Below are positions 15,250-23,498 of a stretch of 23,498 nucleotides of DNA, piece after piece (the first letter of the stretch is position 1; each line of letters opens with the position of its first letter). A program made the position numbers and the translations under genes. Below the pieces are notes generated by a model. It was not told the DNA's origin. It searched no databases and saw nothing but the letters and a program-made list of their open reading frames with translations. The DNA is taken from the IMG/VR virus record IMGVR_UViG_3300030021_000018, positions 1 through 23,498 of that record; one strand, written 5' to 3'. Source of the stretch: a virus (taxonomy: Duplodnaviria; Heunggongvirae; Uroviricota; Caudoviricetes).

Positions 15250-16302
15250 ATGAAAAATACTGTAAAAATAAACAGTGTTGATTTAATCAACGCTGATTGC
15301 CTGCATTTTATTCAGTCCCTGCCTGATGACTCCATTGATCTGATTGTTACCGATCCGCCGTACTTCAAAGTGAAGCCCAACGGCTGGGACAATCAGTGGA
15401 AAGGGGACGAAGATTACCTGAAGTGGCTGGACCACTGTCTGGCCCAGTTCTGGCGGGTACTGAAACCAGCCGGAAGCCTTTACCTGTTCTGTGGACATCG
15501 CCTGGCATCTGATATCGAGATCATGATGCGTGAACGTTTCAACGTTCTTAACCATATCATCTGGGCGAAGCCGTCCGGACGATGGAACGGGTGTAATAAA
15601 GAAAGCCTGCGGGCATATTTCCCCGCTACAGAGCGCGTTCTGTTTGCTGAACATTACCAGGGGCCATATCGCGGCAAAAGTGACGATTATGCGGCAAAAG
15701 AAAGGGAACTCAAACAGCACATAATGGCACCGCTGATTTCGTATTTCAGGGATGCTCGTGCCGAACTGGGTATAACGGCAAAACAGATTGCCGAAGCCAC
15801 TGGTAAGAAAAATATGGTTTCCCACTGGTTTGGTGCCAGTCAGTGGCAGTTGCCGAATGAGGCTGACTACCGGAAGTTGCAGGCACTGTTTTCCCGTATA
15901 GCGGCAGATAAATTTCAGGAACAACAACTGGAACAACCACACCACCAGCTGGTGGCATCTTATGATTCACTGAATCGCAAATATTCTGAATTGCTGGATG
16001 AGTTTAAAACTCTCCGGCGCTATTTCTCCGTATCAGTTTCCGTGCCTTATACCGACGTCTGGACGCATAAACCCGTTCAGTTCTACCCGGGTAAACATCC
16101 GTGTGAGAAGCCTGCGGATATGCTCCGGCAAATAATCAGTGCCAGTAGTCGACAAGGCGATCTGGTTGCTGATTTCTTTATGGGATCCGGTTCCACAATA
16201 AAAGCGGCAATGGCGCTGGGGCGTCGGGCGTTAGGTGTTGAACTTGAGTCAGAGCGGTTTAATCAGACGGTGAAAGAGGTAAGTGAACTGGTGGGGAAAT
16301 AA
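15250..16302 (+). CDS. DNA methyltransferase, N6-adenine/N4-cytosine amino-MTase (beta-class motif order)
   Basis: Catalytic DPPY motif near the N-terminus (IVTDPPYF) and an AdoMet-binding FxGxG motif near the C-terminus (DFFMGSGST); about 350 aa; no adjacent restriction endonuclease gene. Confidence 0.85.
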   Translation: MKNTVKINSVDLINADCLHFIQSLPDDSIDLIVTDPPYFKVKPNGWDNQWKGDEDYLKWLDHCLAQFWRVLKPAGSLYLFCGHRLASDIEIMMRERFNVLNHIIWAKPSGRWNGCNKESLRAYFPATERVLFAEHYQGPYRGKSDDYAAKERELKQHIMAPLISYFRDARAELGITAKQIAEATGKKNMVSHWFGASQWQLPNEADYRKLQALFSRIAADKFQEQQLEQPHHQLVASYDSLNRKYSELLDEFKTLRRYFSVSVSVPYTDVWTHKPVQFYPGKHPCEKPADMLRQIISASSRQGDLVADFFMGSGSTIKAAMALGRRALGVELESERFNQTVKEVSELVGK

Positions 16303-16378
16303 TTCTGGTGGCCACGTTGCGTGGCCTTTTTATTTCCAACACAGCACCCGCAAATATCGCGAGGTGAGAGATGACGAA

Positions 16379-16714
16379 ATGCCTCATAACCCAAATACCT
16401 GGCCGGACTGGCTGGAGTTGTTTCAGAGCTGGTGGCGTGGAGATACGCCGCTGGGCGCAGTGATTATGTCGATTGTTATGGCTGGTTTGCGTATTGCCTA
16501 TTTTGGTGGTGGTGGCGGCTGGAAACGAAAAACACTCGAAATTTTGCTCTGTGGCGCTCTGACGCTGACCTTTGCATCCGCTCTTGAGTATGTCGGATGG
16601 CCTAAATCGCTTTCTGTTGCCATTGGTGGTGGGGTGGGGCTGATCGGGGTCGATGCAATTCGTGGGGCTGCAATGCGAGTAATCGGTAATAAGTTTGGTA
16701 GTTCTAAGGAGTAA
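16379..16714 (+). CDS. Holin, lambda S-like class I
   Basis: About 111 aa with hydrophobic segments and a charged C-terminus; the pattern aligns by eye with lambda S (…LR..Y.GGG…IGxDxI…KxFGxxK…); directly upstream of the endolysin. Start assigned to ATG 16379; an in-frame GTG at 16364 is possible. Confidence 0.8.
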   Translation: MPHNPNTWPDWLELFQSWWRGDTPLGAVIMSIVMAGLRIAYFGGGGGWKRKTLEILLCGALTLTFASALEYVGWPKSLSVAIGGGVGLIGVDAIRGAAMRVIGNKFGSSKE

Positions 16715-16717
16715 TTT

Positions 16718-17194
16718 ATGCAGGTACTAAATTCCCAGCGTAAAGCTTTCCTTGATATGGTGGCTTGGTCAGAAGGAACGGATAACGGACGACAACCGAC
16801 ACGTAACCACGGTTATGACGTTATTGTCGGTGGTGAACTCTTCACTGATTACTCCGATCACCCTCGCAAACTTGTCACGCTAAACCCGAAACTCAAGTCA
16901 ACAGCCGCCGGACGTTACCAGCTTCTTTCACGCTGGTGGGATGCTTACCGTAAACAGCTTGGCCTGAAAGATTTTTCTCCAGAAAGCCAGGACGCTGTAG
17001 CTCTGCAGCAGATTAAAGAGCGTGGCGCTTTACCGATGATTGACCGTGGCAATATTCGTCAGGCAATCGACCGTTGCAGCAATATCTGGGCGTCGTTACC
17101 TGGTGCAGGTTATGGTCAGTATGAACATAAAATCAGTGACCTGATTGCACGGTTTGAAGAGGCTGGTGGGGTGGTAAATGAAGTTGAGCTATAA
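16718..17194 (+). CDS. Endolysin, lambda R-type lytic transglycosylase
   Basis: 158 aa; NQRKAFLDMVAWSEGTDNGRQPTRNHGYDVIVGGELFTDYSDHPRKLVTLNPKLKSTAAGRYQLLSRWWDAYRKQLGLKDFSPESQDAVALQQIKERGALPMIDRG is nearly the lambda R sequence as I remember it. Confidence 0.95.
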   Translation: MQVLNSQRKAFLDMVAWSEGTDNGRQPTRNHGYDVIVGGELFTDYSDHPRKLVTLNPKLKSTAAGRYQLLSRWWDAYRKQLGLKDFSPESQDAVALQQIKERGALPMIDRGNIRQAIDRCSNIWASLPGAGYGQYEHKISDLIARFEEAGGVVNEVEL

Positions 17195-17570
17195 GCTGGT
17201 TATCGCTGCATTCTTCTTTACTGTCATCGGTTCTTTCATCTGGTCTGCCAACCACTACTACAGCAAATATCAGCACGAAAAGAAACGTGCTGATGAGGCT
17301 GTACAAAATGCCAAATCGGCAACTGTCATTACCAATAACGTCCTGCAATCACTGCAAATCGTCAATACAGTTCTGGAGGCTAACCAGCATGCAAAACAGC
17401 AGATCACACTGGAGTCACAGAGAACCCAGGAAGATATCAAAGTGGCTGTTGCGGATGATGATTGTGCTTCACGTCCTGTGCCTGCTGCCGCTGCTGACCG
17501 GTTGCGGAAGTACGCGAACAGTTTACGTGCCTATTCCGGCGGTACCGTTGCCAGCAAGCCTGACTACTGA
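17178..17570 (+). CDS. Rz-like inner-membrane spanin (i-spanin)
   Basis: N-terminal transmembrane segment (LVIAAFFFTVIGSFIWSANHY), coiled-coil-like periplasmic domain, position immediately after the endolysin with a 17-nt overlap. Confidence 0.75.
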   Translation: MKLSYKLVIAAFFFTVIGSFIWSANHYYSKYQHEKKRADEAVQNAKSATVITNNVLQSLQIVNTVLEANQHAKQQITLESQRTQEDIKVAVADDDCASRPVPAAAADRLRKYANSLRAYSGGTVASKPDY

Positions 17571-17727
17571 AACTCCCCAGCCAGTTATTCCCGATCCTCT
17601 GACCTATGGGGCCAGCCTGGATCTGAATGTGAGCCTGCTTTCGGCGTTGGGACAATGCAATATTGACAAAGCGGGGATTAGAAGTATCGAGATGCGCCGT
17701 AACGTTTTGCTGGCAGCAGGCAAATAG
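17455..17727 (+). CDS. Rz1-like outer-membrane lipoprotein spanin (o-spanin), overlapping the 3' end of Rz in the +1 frame and extending beyond it
   Basis: Lipobox LLTGC (…LCLLPLLTGCGS) followed by a proline-rich mature region; the start could be the in-frame TTG just upstream (17449), which would supply an Arg in the signal peptide n-region. Confidence 0.65.
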   Translation: MMIVLHVLCLLPLLTGCGSTRTVYVPIPAVPLPASLTTETPQPVIPDPLTYGASLDLNVSLLSALGQCNIDKAGIRSIEMRRNVLLAAGK

Positions 17728-17753
17728 TCTGGACAAAGAACAGGAATATATTT

Positions 17754-18104
17754 ATGCCTCCTCGAACCCCAAAAGCCTGCCGCGTTCGCGGCTGCCCCCA
17801 TACCACCACTGACTCGTCAGGCTATTGCGAAAGGCACAAAAGCGAAGGCTGGAAGCAATACAAGCCAGGCCAGTCCCGTCATCAGCGCGGTTATGGTTCG
17901 AAGTGGGACAGTATCCGCGCGCGCGTCCTGAAGCGTGACAAAGGTTTATGTCAGTTATGTCTGCGTGCCGGTGTGGTGCGTGAAGCTAAAACCGTTGACC
18001 ACATCATCCCTAAAGCGCATGGCGGCACCGATGCAGACAGTAATCTGCAGAGCCTGTGCTGGCCGTGCCATAAGACGAAGACGGCCCGTGAACGGCTAAA
18101 GTGA
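17754..18104 (+). CDS. HNH endonuclease (packaging-associated)
   Basis: Cys-rich N-terminus (CRVRGCPHTTTDSSGYCERH) and HNH core (DHIIPKAHGGTDADSNLQSLCWPCH); located directly upstream of terS/terL, as is typical in HK97-like cos phages. Confidence 0.85.
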   Translation: MPPRTPKACRVRGCPHTTTDSSGYCERHKSEGWKQYKPGQSRHQRGYGSKWDSIRARVLKRDKGLCQLCLRAGVVREAKTVDHIIPKAHGGTDADSNLQSLCWPCHKTKTARERLK

Positions 18105-18129
18105 TAATAATTCTCAACTGCCTGAGGGG

Positions 18130-18190
18130 AGGGGCGGGTCAAATCCCTGTGGCCTGACGTCTTCCGGACTGCCCGCCCCATCGTTTTTTT
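18130..18190 (+). terminator. GC-rich long hairpin followed by a T-run (terminator-like; could alternatively relate to the packaging site)
   Basis: Perfect 8-bp GC arms ggggcggg (18130-18137) / cccgcccc (18171-18178) enclosing a 33-nt loop with internal pairing, followed by atcgttttttta. Confidence 0.4.
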
Positions 18191-18229
18191 ATACCCGCGA
18201 AAAATGAAATTTAACCAGGAGTGCCGCAT

Positions 18230-18724
18230 ATGGCTGGAACGGCGGGGCGTTCCGGGCGTCGCCCCAAGCCAACGGCGCGCAAGGCGCTGGCCGGAAACCC
18301 CGGCAAGCGAGCCCTGAATAAAGATGAACCTGTTTTTACGCCCATCAAAGGTGTTGAGCCACCGGAGTGGTTCGCAGAAGAAAATCTCCCTCTCGCCACG
18401 ATCATGTGGCAACTGACAACCAAAGAACTCTGCGGTCAGGGCCTGTTGTGCGTGACTGACCTCGCGGTGCTTGAGCGGTGGTGCGTGGCCTATGAGTTCT
18501 GGCGACGTGCCGTGAAAAATATTGCCATACAGGGCAACACCATCACCGGTGCAATGGGCGGCAGGGTCAAAAATCCGGAGCTGACCGCCAAAAAAGAACA
18601 GGAGTCCGAGATGAGCAGCACGGGGGCAATGCTCGGACTCGACCCCAGCAGCCGCCAGCGTCTGATTGGCCTGGCGGGGCAGAAGAAAGCCACTAACCCG
18701 TTTCTGAAAATCATCGAGTCATGA
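18230..18724 (+). CDS. Terminase small subunit (P27-family type)
   Basis: ATG at 18230 with AGGAG RBS 9 nt upstream; basic N-terminus ([27 protein letters not shown]), about 165 aa, directly upstream of and ATGA-coupled to terL. Confidence 0.8.
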   Translation: MAGTAGRSGRRPKPTARKALAGNPGKRALNKDEPVFTPIKGVEPPEWFAEENLPLATIMWQLTTKELCGQGLLCVTDLAVLERWCVAYEFWRRAVKNIAIQGNTITGAMGGRVKNPELTAKKEQESEMSSTGAMLGLDPSSRQRLIGLAGQKKATNPFLKIIES

Positions 18725-20454
18725 GCCGGAAATCTTACCCCAACGTAAATGCTGCCAATCAGTATGCCCGTGATGTTGTGCGCGGAAAGATTGTGGCCTG
18801 CCAGTTTGTGATTCAGGCCTGCCAGCGCCATCTTGATGACCTGATGGCGGAAAAAAGTAAGTCGTTTCGTTACCGCTTCGACAAGGACCTGGCTGAACGG
18901 GCTGCCAAATTTATTCAGCTGTTGCCGCACACCAAGGGAGAGTGGGCATTCAAGAGGATGCCCATCACGCTGGAGCCGTGGCAGCTCTTTGTGATCTGCT
19001 GTGCGTTTGGCTGGGTCAATAAAGGCTCCCGGCTGCGCCGCTTCCGGGAGGTGTATACCGAAATCCCCCGTAAGAACGGCAAATCGGCAATCTCTGCCGG
19101 TGTTGCCCTGTATTGTTTTGCCTGTGATAACGAGTTTGGCGCGGAAGTGTATTCCGGTGCCACGACAGAGAAACAGGCGTGGGAAGTCTTTCGCCCGGCG
19201 CGACTGATGTGTAAACGCACACCCATGCTGACGGAAGCGTTCGGGATTGAGGTTAACGCCTCAAACATGAACCGTCCGGAGGATGGCGCGCGGTTTGAAC
19301 CGCTGATCGGTAACCCCGGTGATGGTTCATCACCCCACTGTGCCGTGGTGGATGAATATCACGAGCACGCCACCGATGCGCTTTATACCACGATGCTTAC
19401 CGGGATGGGCGCGCGACGTCAGCCACTGATGTGGGCCATCACCACCGCCGGGTACAACATTGAGGGGCCGTGCTACGACAAGCGGCGGGAAGTTATCGAG
19501 ATGCTCAACGGTTCGGTACCCAACGATGAACTGTTCGGGATCATCTATACCGTTGACGAAGGCGATGACTGGACCGACCCGCAGGTGCTGGAAAAAGCTA
19601 ACCCGAATATTGGTGTGTCGGTTTATCGCGAGTTTTTGTTAAGCCAGCAGCAGCGTGCGAAAAATAACGCCCGTCTGGCAAACGTCTTTAAAACAAAACA
19701 CCTCAATATCTGGGTGTCGGCGCGTTCGGCGTATTTCAACCTGGTGAGCTGGCAGAGCTGCGAGGATAAATCACTGACCCTTGAGCAGTTCGAGGGGCAG
19801 CCGTGCATTCTGGCCTTTGACCTGGCGCGTAAGCTGGATATGAACAGCATGGCGCGACTTTATACCCGCGAGATTGACGGTAAAACGCATTACTACAGTG
19901 TGGCCCCGCGTTTCTGGGTACCGTATGACACGGTGTACAGCGTCGAGAAAAATGAAGATCGACGGACAGCCGAACGCTTTCAGAAATGGGTGGAAATGGG
20001 CGTTCTGACCGTTACCGATGGTGCGGAGGTGGATTATCGCTACATCCTCGAGGAGGCCAAAGCGGCGAACAAAATCAGCCCGGTCAGTGAGTCACCCATC
20101 GACCCCTTCGGGGCGACCGGGTTGTCACATGACCTTGCTGATGAAGACCTGAACCCCATCACTATCATTCAGAACTACACCAACATGTCCGACCCGATGA
20201 AAGAGCTGGAAGCGGCAATTGAATCGGGGCGCTTTCATCATGATGGCAATCCCATCATGACCTGGTGTATCGGCAACGTGGTCGGCAAAACCATTCCGGG
20301 TAACGATGATGTGGTGAAGCCCGTCAAAGAGCAGGCGGAAAACAAAATCGATGGTGCAGTTGCGCTGATTATGGCGGTTGGCAGAGCCATGCTGTACGAG
20401 AAAGAAGACACGTTGTCTGACCACATTGAGTCCTATGGGATCCGCTCGCTTTAA
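18721..20454 (+). CDS. Terminase large subunit
   Basis: 577 aa; ATPase region (…[13 protein letters not shown]… Walker A-like) and C-terminal nuclease region; in the canonical position between terS and the portal gene. Confidence 0.93.
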
Positions 20455-20465
20455 CTGAGGTAATT

Positions 20466-20648
20466 ATGATCATGCTGATTCTCGCGCCTCTGGTGGGCGT
20501 GCTGGGGGCGCTTTTGCTGGCGTATGGTGCCTGGCTGATTTATCCCCCGGCGGGGTTTGTGGTTGCCGGGGCGTTGTGCCTGTTCTGGTCGTGGCTGGTG
20601 GCGCGATATCTCGACCGTACACAGTCGTCTGTCGGCGGAGGGAAATAG
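20466..20648 (+). CDS. Small hydrophobic protein (60 aa) between terL and portal
   Basis: ATG with GAGG RBS (ctGAGGtaattATG); two hydrophobic helices; its stop overlaps the GTG start of the portal gene. Confidence 0.45.
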
Positions 20649-21889
20649 TGTTCTTTTCTGGATTATTTCAACGAAAAAGTGACGCACCGGTGACCACGCC
20701 AGCAGAGCTGGCGGATGCTATCGGGTTGTCCTACGACACCTATACCGGAAAGCAGATCAGCAGCCAGCGGGCCATGCGACTGACGGCGGTTTTTTCCTGC
20801 GTCAGAGTGCTGGCAGAGTCGGTCGGGATGTTGCCCTGCAATCTGTATCACCTGAACGGCAGCCTGAAGCAGAGAGCCACCGGCGAACGTCTGCATAAAC
20901 TGATCTCCACGCATCCCAATGGCTATATGACGCCGCAGGAGTTCTGGGAGCTGGTGGTCACCTGTCTGTGCCTGCGGGGAAACTTTTACGCCTACAAAGT
21001 GAAAGCATTTGGCGAAGTGGCTGAACTGCTGCCCGTCGATCCCGGCTGTGTGGTACCGAAGCTTAACAGTAGCTGGGAGCCGATCTATCAGGTCACATTC
21101 CCGGATGGCTCCACGGATGTACTGAGCCAGGAGGATATCTGGCATGTGCGCACGCTGACGCTGGACGGACTGGTGGGGCTGAATCCCATCGCCTATGCCC
21201 GCGAGGCAATATCGCTGGCAGCTGCGACCGAAGAGCACGGGGCCAGACTGTTCAGCAATGGCGCGGTGACGTCGGGTGTGTTGCGTACAGAGCAGACGCT
21301 GTCAGATCAGGCTTATGAGCGCCTGAAGAAAGATTTTGAGGAGCGTCACACCGGGCTTGGCAATGCTCACCGCCCGATGATCCTTGAGATGGGGCTGGAC
21401 TGGAAGTCGATGGCGCTGAACGCCGAGGACAGCCAGTTCCTGGAAACCCGCAAGTTTCAGCTTGAAGAAATCTGTCGTCTGTTCCGGGTGCCGTTGCACA
21501 TGGTGCAGAACACCGATCGCGCCACCTTCAACAATATCGAAGAGCTGGGGCTGGGATTTATCAACTATTCACTGGTGCCGTATCTGACCCGCATCGAACA
21601 GCGGATCAACACCGGACTGGTACGAAAAAGTAAGCAGGGCGTTTATTACGCCAAATTTAACGCCGGGGCGTTACTGCGCGGGGATATGAAGTCCCGTTTT
21701 GAAGCCTACGCCACCGGGATCAACTGGGGAATTTACTCTCCCAATGACTGCCGCGACCTGGAAGATATGAATCCGCGTCCCGGTGGTGATGTCTATCTCA
21801 CACCGATGAACATGACCACGAAACCCTCCGATGGCAGTAAAGCCGGTAAGCAGAAGGATAACGCCAATGCAGACGAAACAACGTCTTGA
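20648..21889 (+). CDS. Portal protein, HK97 family
   Basis: GTG at 20648 preceded by GGAGGG with a 5-nt spacer; about 413 aa; follows terL; overall pattern typical of HK97-type portals. The longer track ORF from 20576 is rejected. Confidence 0.88.
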   Translation: MFFSGLFQRKSDAPVTTPAELADAIGLSYDTYTGKQISSQRAMRLTAVFSCVRVLAESVGMLPCNLYHLNGSLKQRATGERLHKLISTHPNGYMTPQEFWELVVTCLCLRGNFYAYKVKAFGEVAELLPVDPGCVVPKLNSSWEPIYQVTFPDGSTDVLSQEDIWHVRTLTLDGLVGLNPIAYAREAISLAAATEEHGARLFSNGAVTSGVLRTEQTLSDQAYERLKKDFEERHTGLGNAHRPMILEMGLDWKSMALNAEDSQFLETRKFQLEEICRLFRVPLHMVQNTDRATFNNIEELGLGFINYSLVPYLTRIEQRINTGLVRKSKQGVYYAKFNAGALLRGDMKSRFEAYATGINWGIYSPNDCRDLEDMNPRPGGDVYLTPMNMTTKPSDGSKAGKQKDNANADETTS

Positions 21890-22517
21890 TGTACCGCTGA
21901 GTCTGAAATCTGTCAGTGACTCCGGTGAGTTTGAAGGGTATGGCTCCGTCTTTGGTGTAAAGGACAGCCACGATGATGTGGTGATGTCCGGGGCATTTGC
22001 TGCTTCCCTGCGGGCGTGGAGTGACAGAAAAGCGTTACCTGCGCTGCTCTGGCAGCACCGCATGGATGAACCCATCGGTGTTTACACCGAAATGAAGGAA
22101 GACGATGTCGGGCTTTACGTCAGGGGACGGTTGCTTATTGATGATGATCCCCTCGCAAAACGCGCACATGCACACATGAAGGCCGGTTCGTTAACCGGCC
22201 TTTCTATTGGGTACGTCCTGAAAGACTGGGAATACGACCGGAGCAAAGAAGCCTTTCTGCTGAAAGAAATCGACCTCTGGGAAGTCAGCCTGGTGACGTT
22301 CCCGTCTAACGACGAGGCGCGGATCAGCGACGTCAAGAACGCACTGGCCCGCGGGGAAATCCCCGAACAGAAAAAAATCGAAAGAGTCCTGCGTGATGTC
22401 GGACTCTCCCGTACCCAGGCCAAAGCATTCATGGCCGGGGGCTATGGCGCACTGTCCCTGCGCGACGCTGAGGATGTGAGCTCTGCACTGAATGCACTGA
22501 AAAATCTGAACTTCTAA
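21867..22517 (+). CDS. Prohead maturation protease, HK97 family
   Basis: ATG at 21867 with AAGGA RBS, overlapping the portal 3' end; about 216 aa, with sequence features typical of HK97 prohead proteases; position between the portal and capsid genes. Confidence 0.85.
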   Translation: MQTKQRLDVPLSLKSVSDSGEFEGYGSVFGVKDSHDDVVMSGAFAASLRAWSDRKALPALLWQHRMDEPIGVYTEMKEDDVGLYVRGRLLIDDDPLAKRAHAHMKAGSLTGLSIGYVLKDWEYDRSKEAFLLKEIDLWEVSLVTFPSNDEARISDVKNALARGEIPEQKKIERVLRDVGLSRTQAKAFMAGGYGALSLRDAEDVSSALNALKNLNF

Positions 22518-22531
22518 TCAGGAGAAATACG

Positions 22532-23498
22532 ATGGCGGTAGATATTAAAGATGTCGAACAGGTCGCGCAGGAACTGCAGCAGAAGTTTGACGACTTCAAA
22601 GCAAAGAACGACAAGCGCGTGGATGCGATTGAGCAGGAAAAAGGCAAACTTGCCGGGCAGGTGGAAACCCTGAACGGGAAACTCAGCGAGCTGGAAAATC
22701 TCAAAAGCGACCTTGAAAAAGAGCTGCTTGAGCTGAAACGTCCGGCAGGTGGTGCGCAAAATAAACTGGCCACAGAGCACAAAGAGGCGTTTGTGGGCTT
22801 CCTGCGTAAAGGCCGTGAAGACGGTCTGCGCGATCTGGAGCGCAAGGCATTGCAGGTGGGCACCGATGAAGACGGTGGCTATGCCGTGCCGGAAGAACTG
22901 GATCGCAACATTCTTAACCTGCTGAAAGATGAAGTTGTGATGCGTCAGGAAGCCACGGTGATCACCGTTGGCGGTTCCGACTACAAAAAACTGGTGAATC
23001 TGGGCGGTACGGCTTCCGGATGGGTGGGGGAAACGGATACGCGATCCCAGACTGCCACCTCCAGACTGGAGCTGATTGAACCTCTCATGGGGGAAATCTA
23101 CGGCAACCCGCAGGCTACCCAGAAAATGCTGGACGATGCCTTCTTCAACGTGGAGGCCTGGATCAACAGCGAGCTGGCAACCGAATTTGCCGAACAGGAA
23201 GAAATTGCCTTTACCTCAGGCGATGGCACCAAGAAGCCGAAAGGGTTCCTGGCGTATGAATCCACCGATGAAACCGACAAGGTCCGGGCGTTCGGCAAAC
23301 TTCAGCATATTGTATCCGGCGAAGCGACCGCGGTGACCGCAGACGCCATTATCAAACTGATTTACACGCTGCGTAAGGCACACCGCACTGGCGCGAAGTT
23401 CATGATGAACAACAACAGCCTGTTTGCCATCCGTCTGCTGAAAGACACCGAGGGTAACTATCTGTGGCGTCCGGGGCTGGAACTGGGGCAGCCGTCCT
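22532..23498 (+). CDS. Major capsid protein, HK97 fold (5' portion; gene continues past the window end)
   Basis: ATG at 22532 with AGGAG RBS (cAGGAGaaatacgATG); open to the window end, so absent from the ORF track; N-terminal coiled-coil delta-domain-like segment followed by capsid-like sequence. Confidence 0.85.
   Translation, partial: MAVDIKDVEQVAQELQQKFDDFKAKNDKRVDAIEQEKGKLAGQVETLNGKLSELENLKSDLEKELLELKRPAGGAQNKLATEHKEAFVGFLRKGREDGLRDLERKALQVGTDEDGGYAVPEELDRNILNLLKDEVVMRQEATVITVGGSDYKKLVNLGGTASGWVGETDTRSQTATSRLELIEPLMGEIYGNPQATQKMLDDAFFNVEAWINSELATEFAEQEEIAFTSGDGTKKPKGFLAYESTDETDKVRAFGKLQHIVSGEATAVTADAIIKLIYTLRKAHRTGAKFMMNNNSLFAIRLLKDTEGNYLWRPGLELGQPS

Larger units (their letters stand above)
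2239..23498. mobile_element. Lambdoid prophage (P22-type int/xis, HK97-type head module) integrated at the tRNA-Thr 3' end; continues past the window end
   Basis: An integrase gene ends 15 bp after the tRNA on the opposite strand, followed by a complete ordered set of phage modules (immunity, replication, Q, lysis, packaging, head). The exact attL core probably overlaps the tRNA 3' end and cannot be fixed without the attR copy. Confidence 0.88.

Noticed and set aside
15283-15945. 220-aa minus-strand ORF antisense to the second methyltransferase
   Set aside because: The methyltransferase frame carries the DPPY and FxGxG motifs; the antisense frame has no recognisable features.
20576-20647. 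Upstream extension of the portal ORF as drawn in the track
   Set aside because: The extension overlaps the small upstream ORF and has no RBS; the GTG at 20648 has a GGAGGG RBS at ideal spacing.
22429-22863. Minus-strand ORFs (144 and 88 aa) across the protease/capsid junction
   Set aside because: Antisense to a well-supported capsid gene with a strong RBS; Ser/Arg-rich low-complexity translation.

Overview
This window is an Escherichia coli-type chromosomal locus: the 3' part of proB, complete proA, and tRNA-Thr(CGU) (thrW), followed from about 2239 to the window end by a lambdoid prophage integrated at the tRNA 3' end. The prophage reads in order: P22-type integrase and excisionase (minus strand); a short early-left arm of small ORFs and an HD-domain hydrolase; a ~0.5 kb GC-rich, heavily structured non-coding region; two AT-rich convergent orphan genes; a CI-type repressor, operator region and Cro; a CII-like gene; an O-like replication initiator with internal iterons; a PerC-like protein, Dam-family methyltransferase, LexA-DBD-like protein, RusA, KilA-N protein, DUF968/HNH-like protein and antiterminator Q; a three-gene AT-rich cassette on the opposite strand; a second DNA methyltransferase; the lysis cassette (lambda S-like holin, lambda R-like endolysin, Rz/Rz1); and an HK97-type packaging and head module (HNH, TerS, TerL, portal, prohead protease, 5' part of the major capsid gene). 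No recognisable N antiterminator, recombination genes or CRISPR array are present. The two best candidates for an undescribed system are the opposite-strand three-gene cassette between Q and the late region (13128..14682) and the structured non-coding region plus adjacent orphan ORF (4865..5816). All calls come from reading the sequence and ORF translations against remembered protein families; no database search was run.
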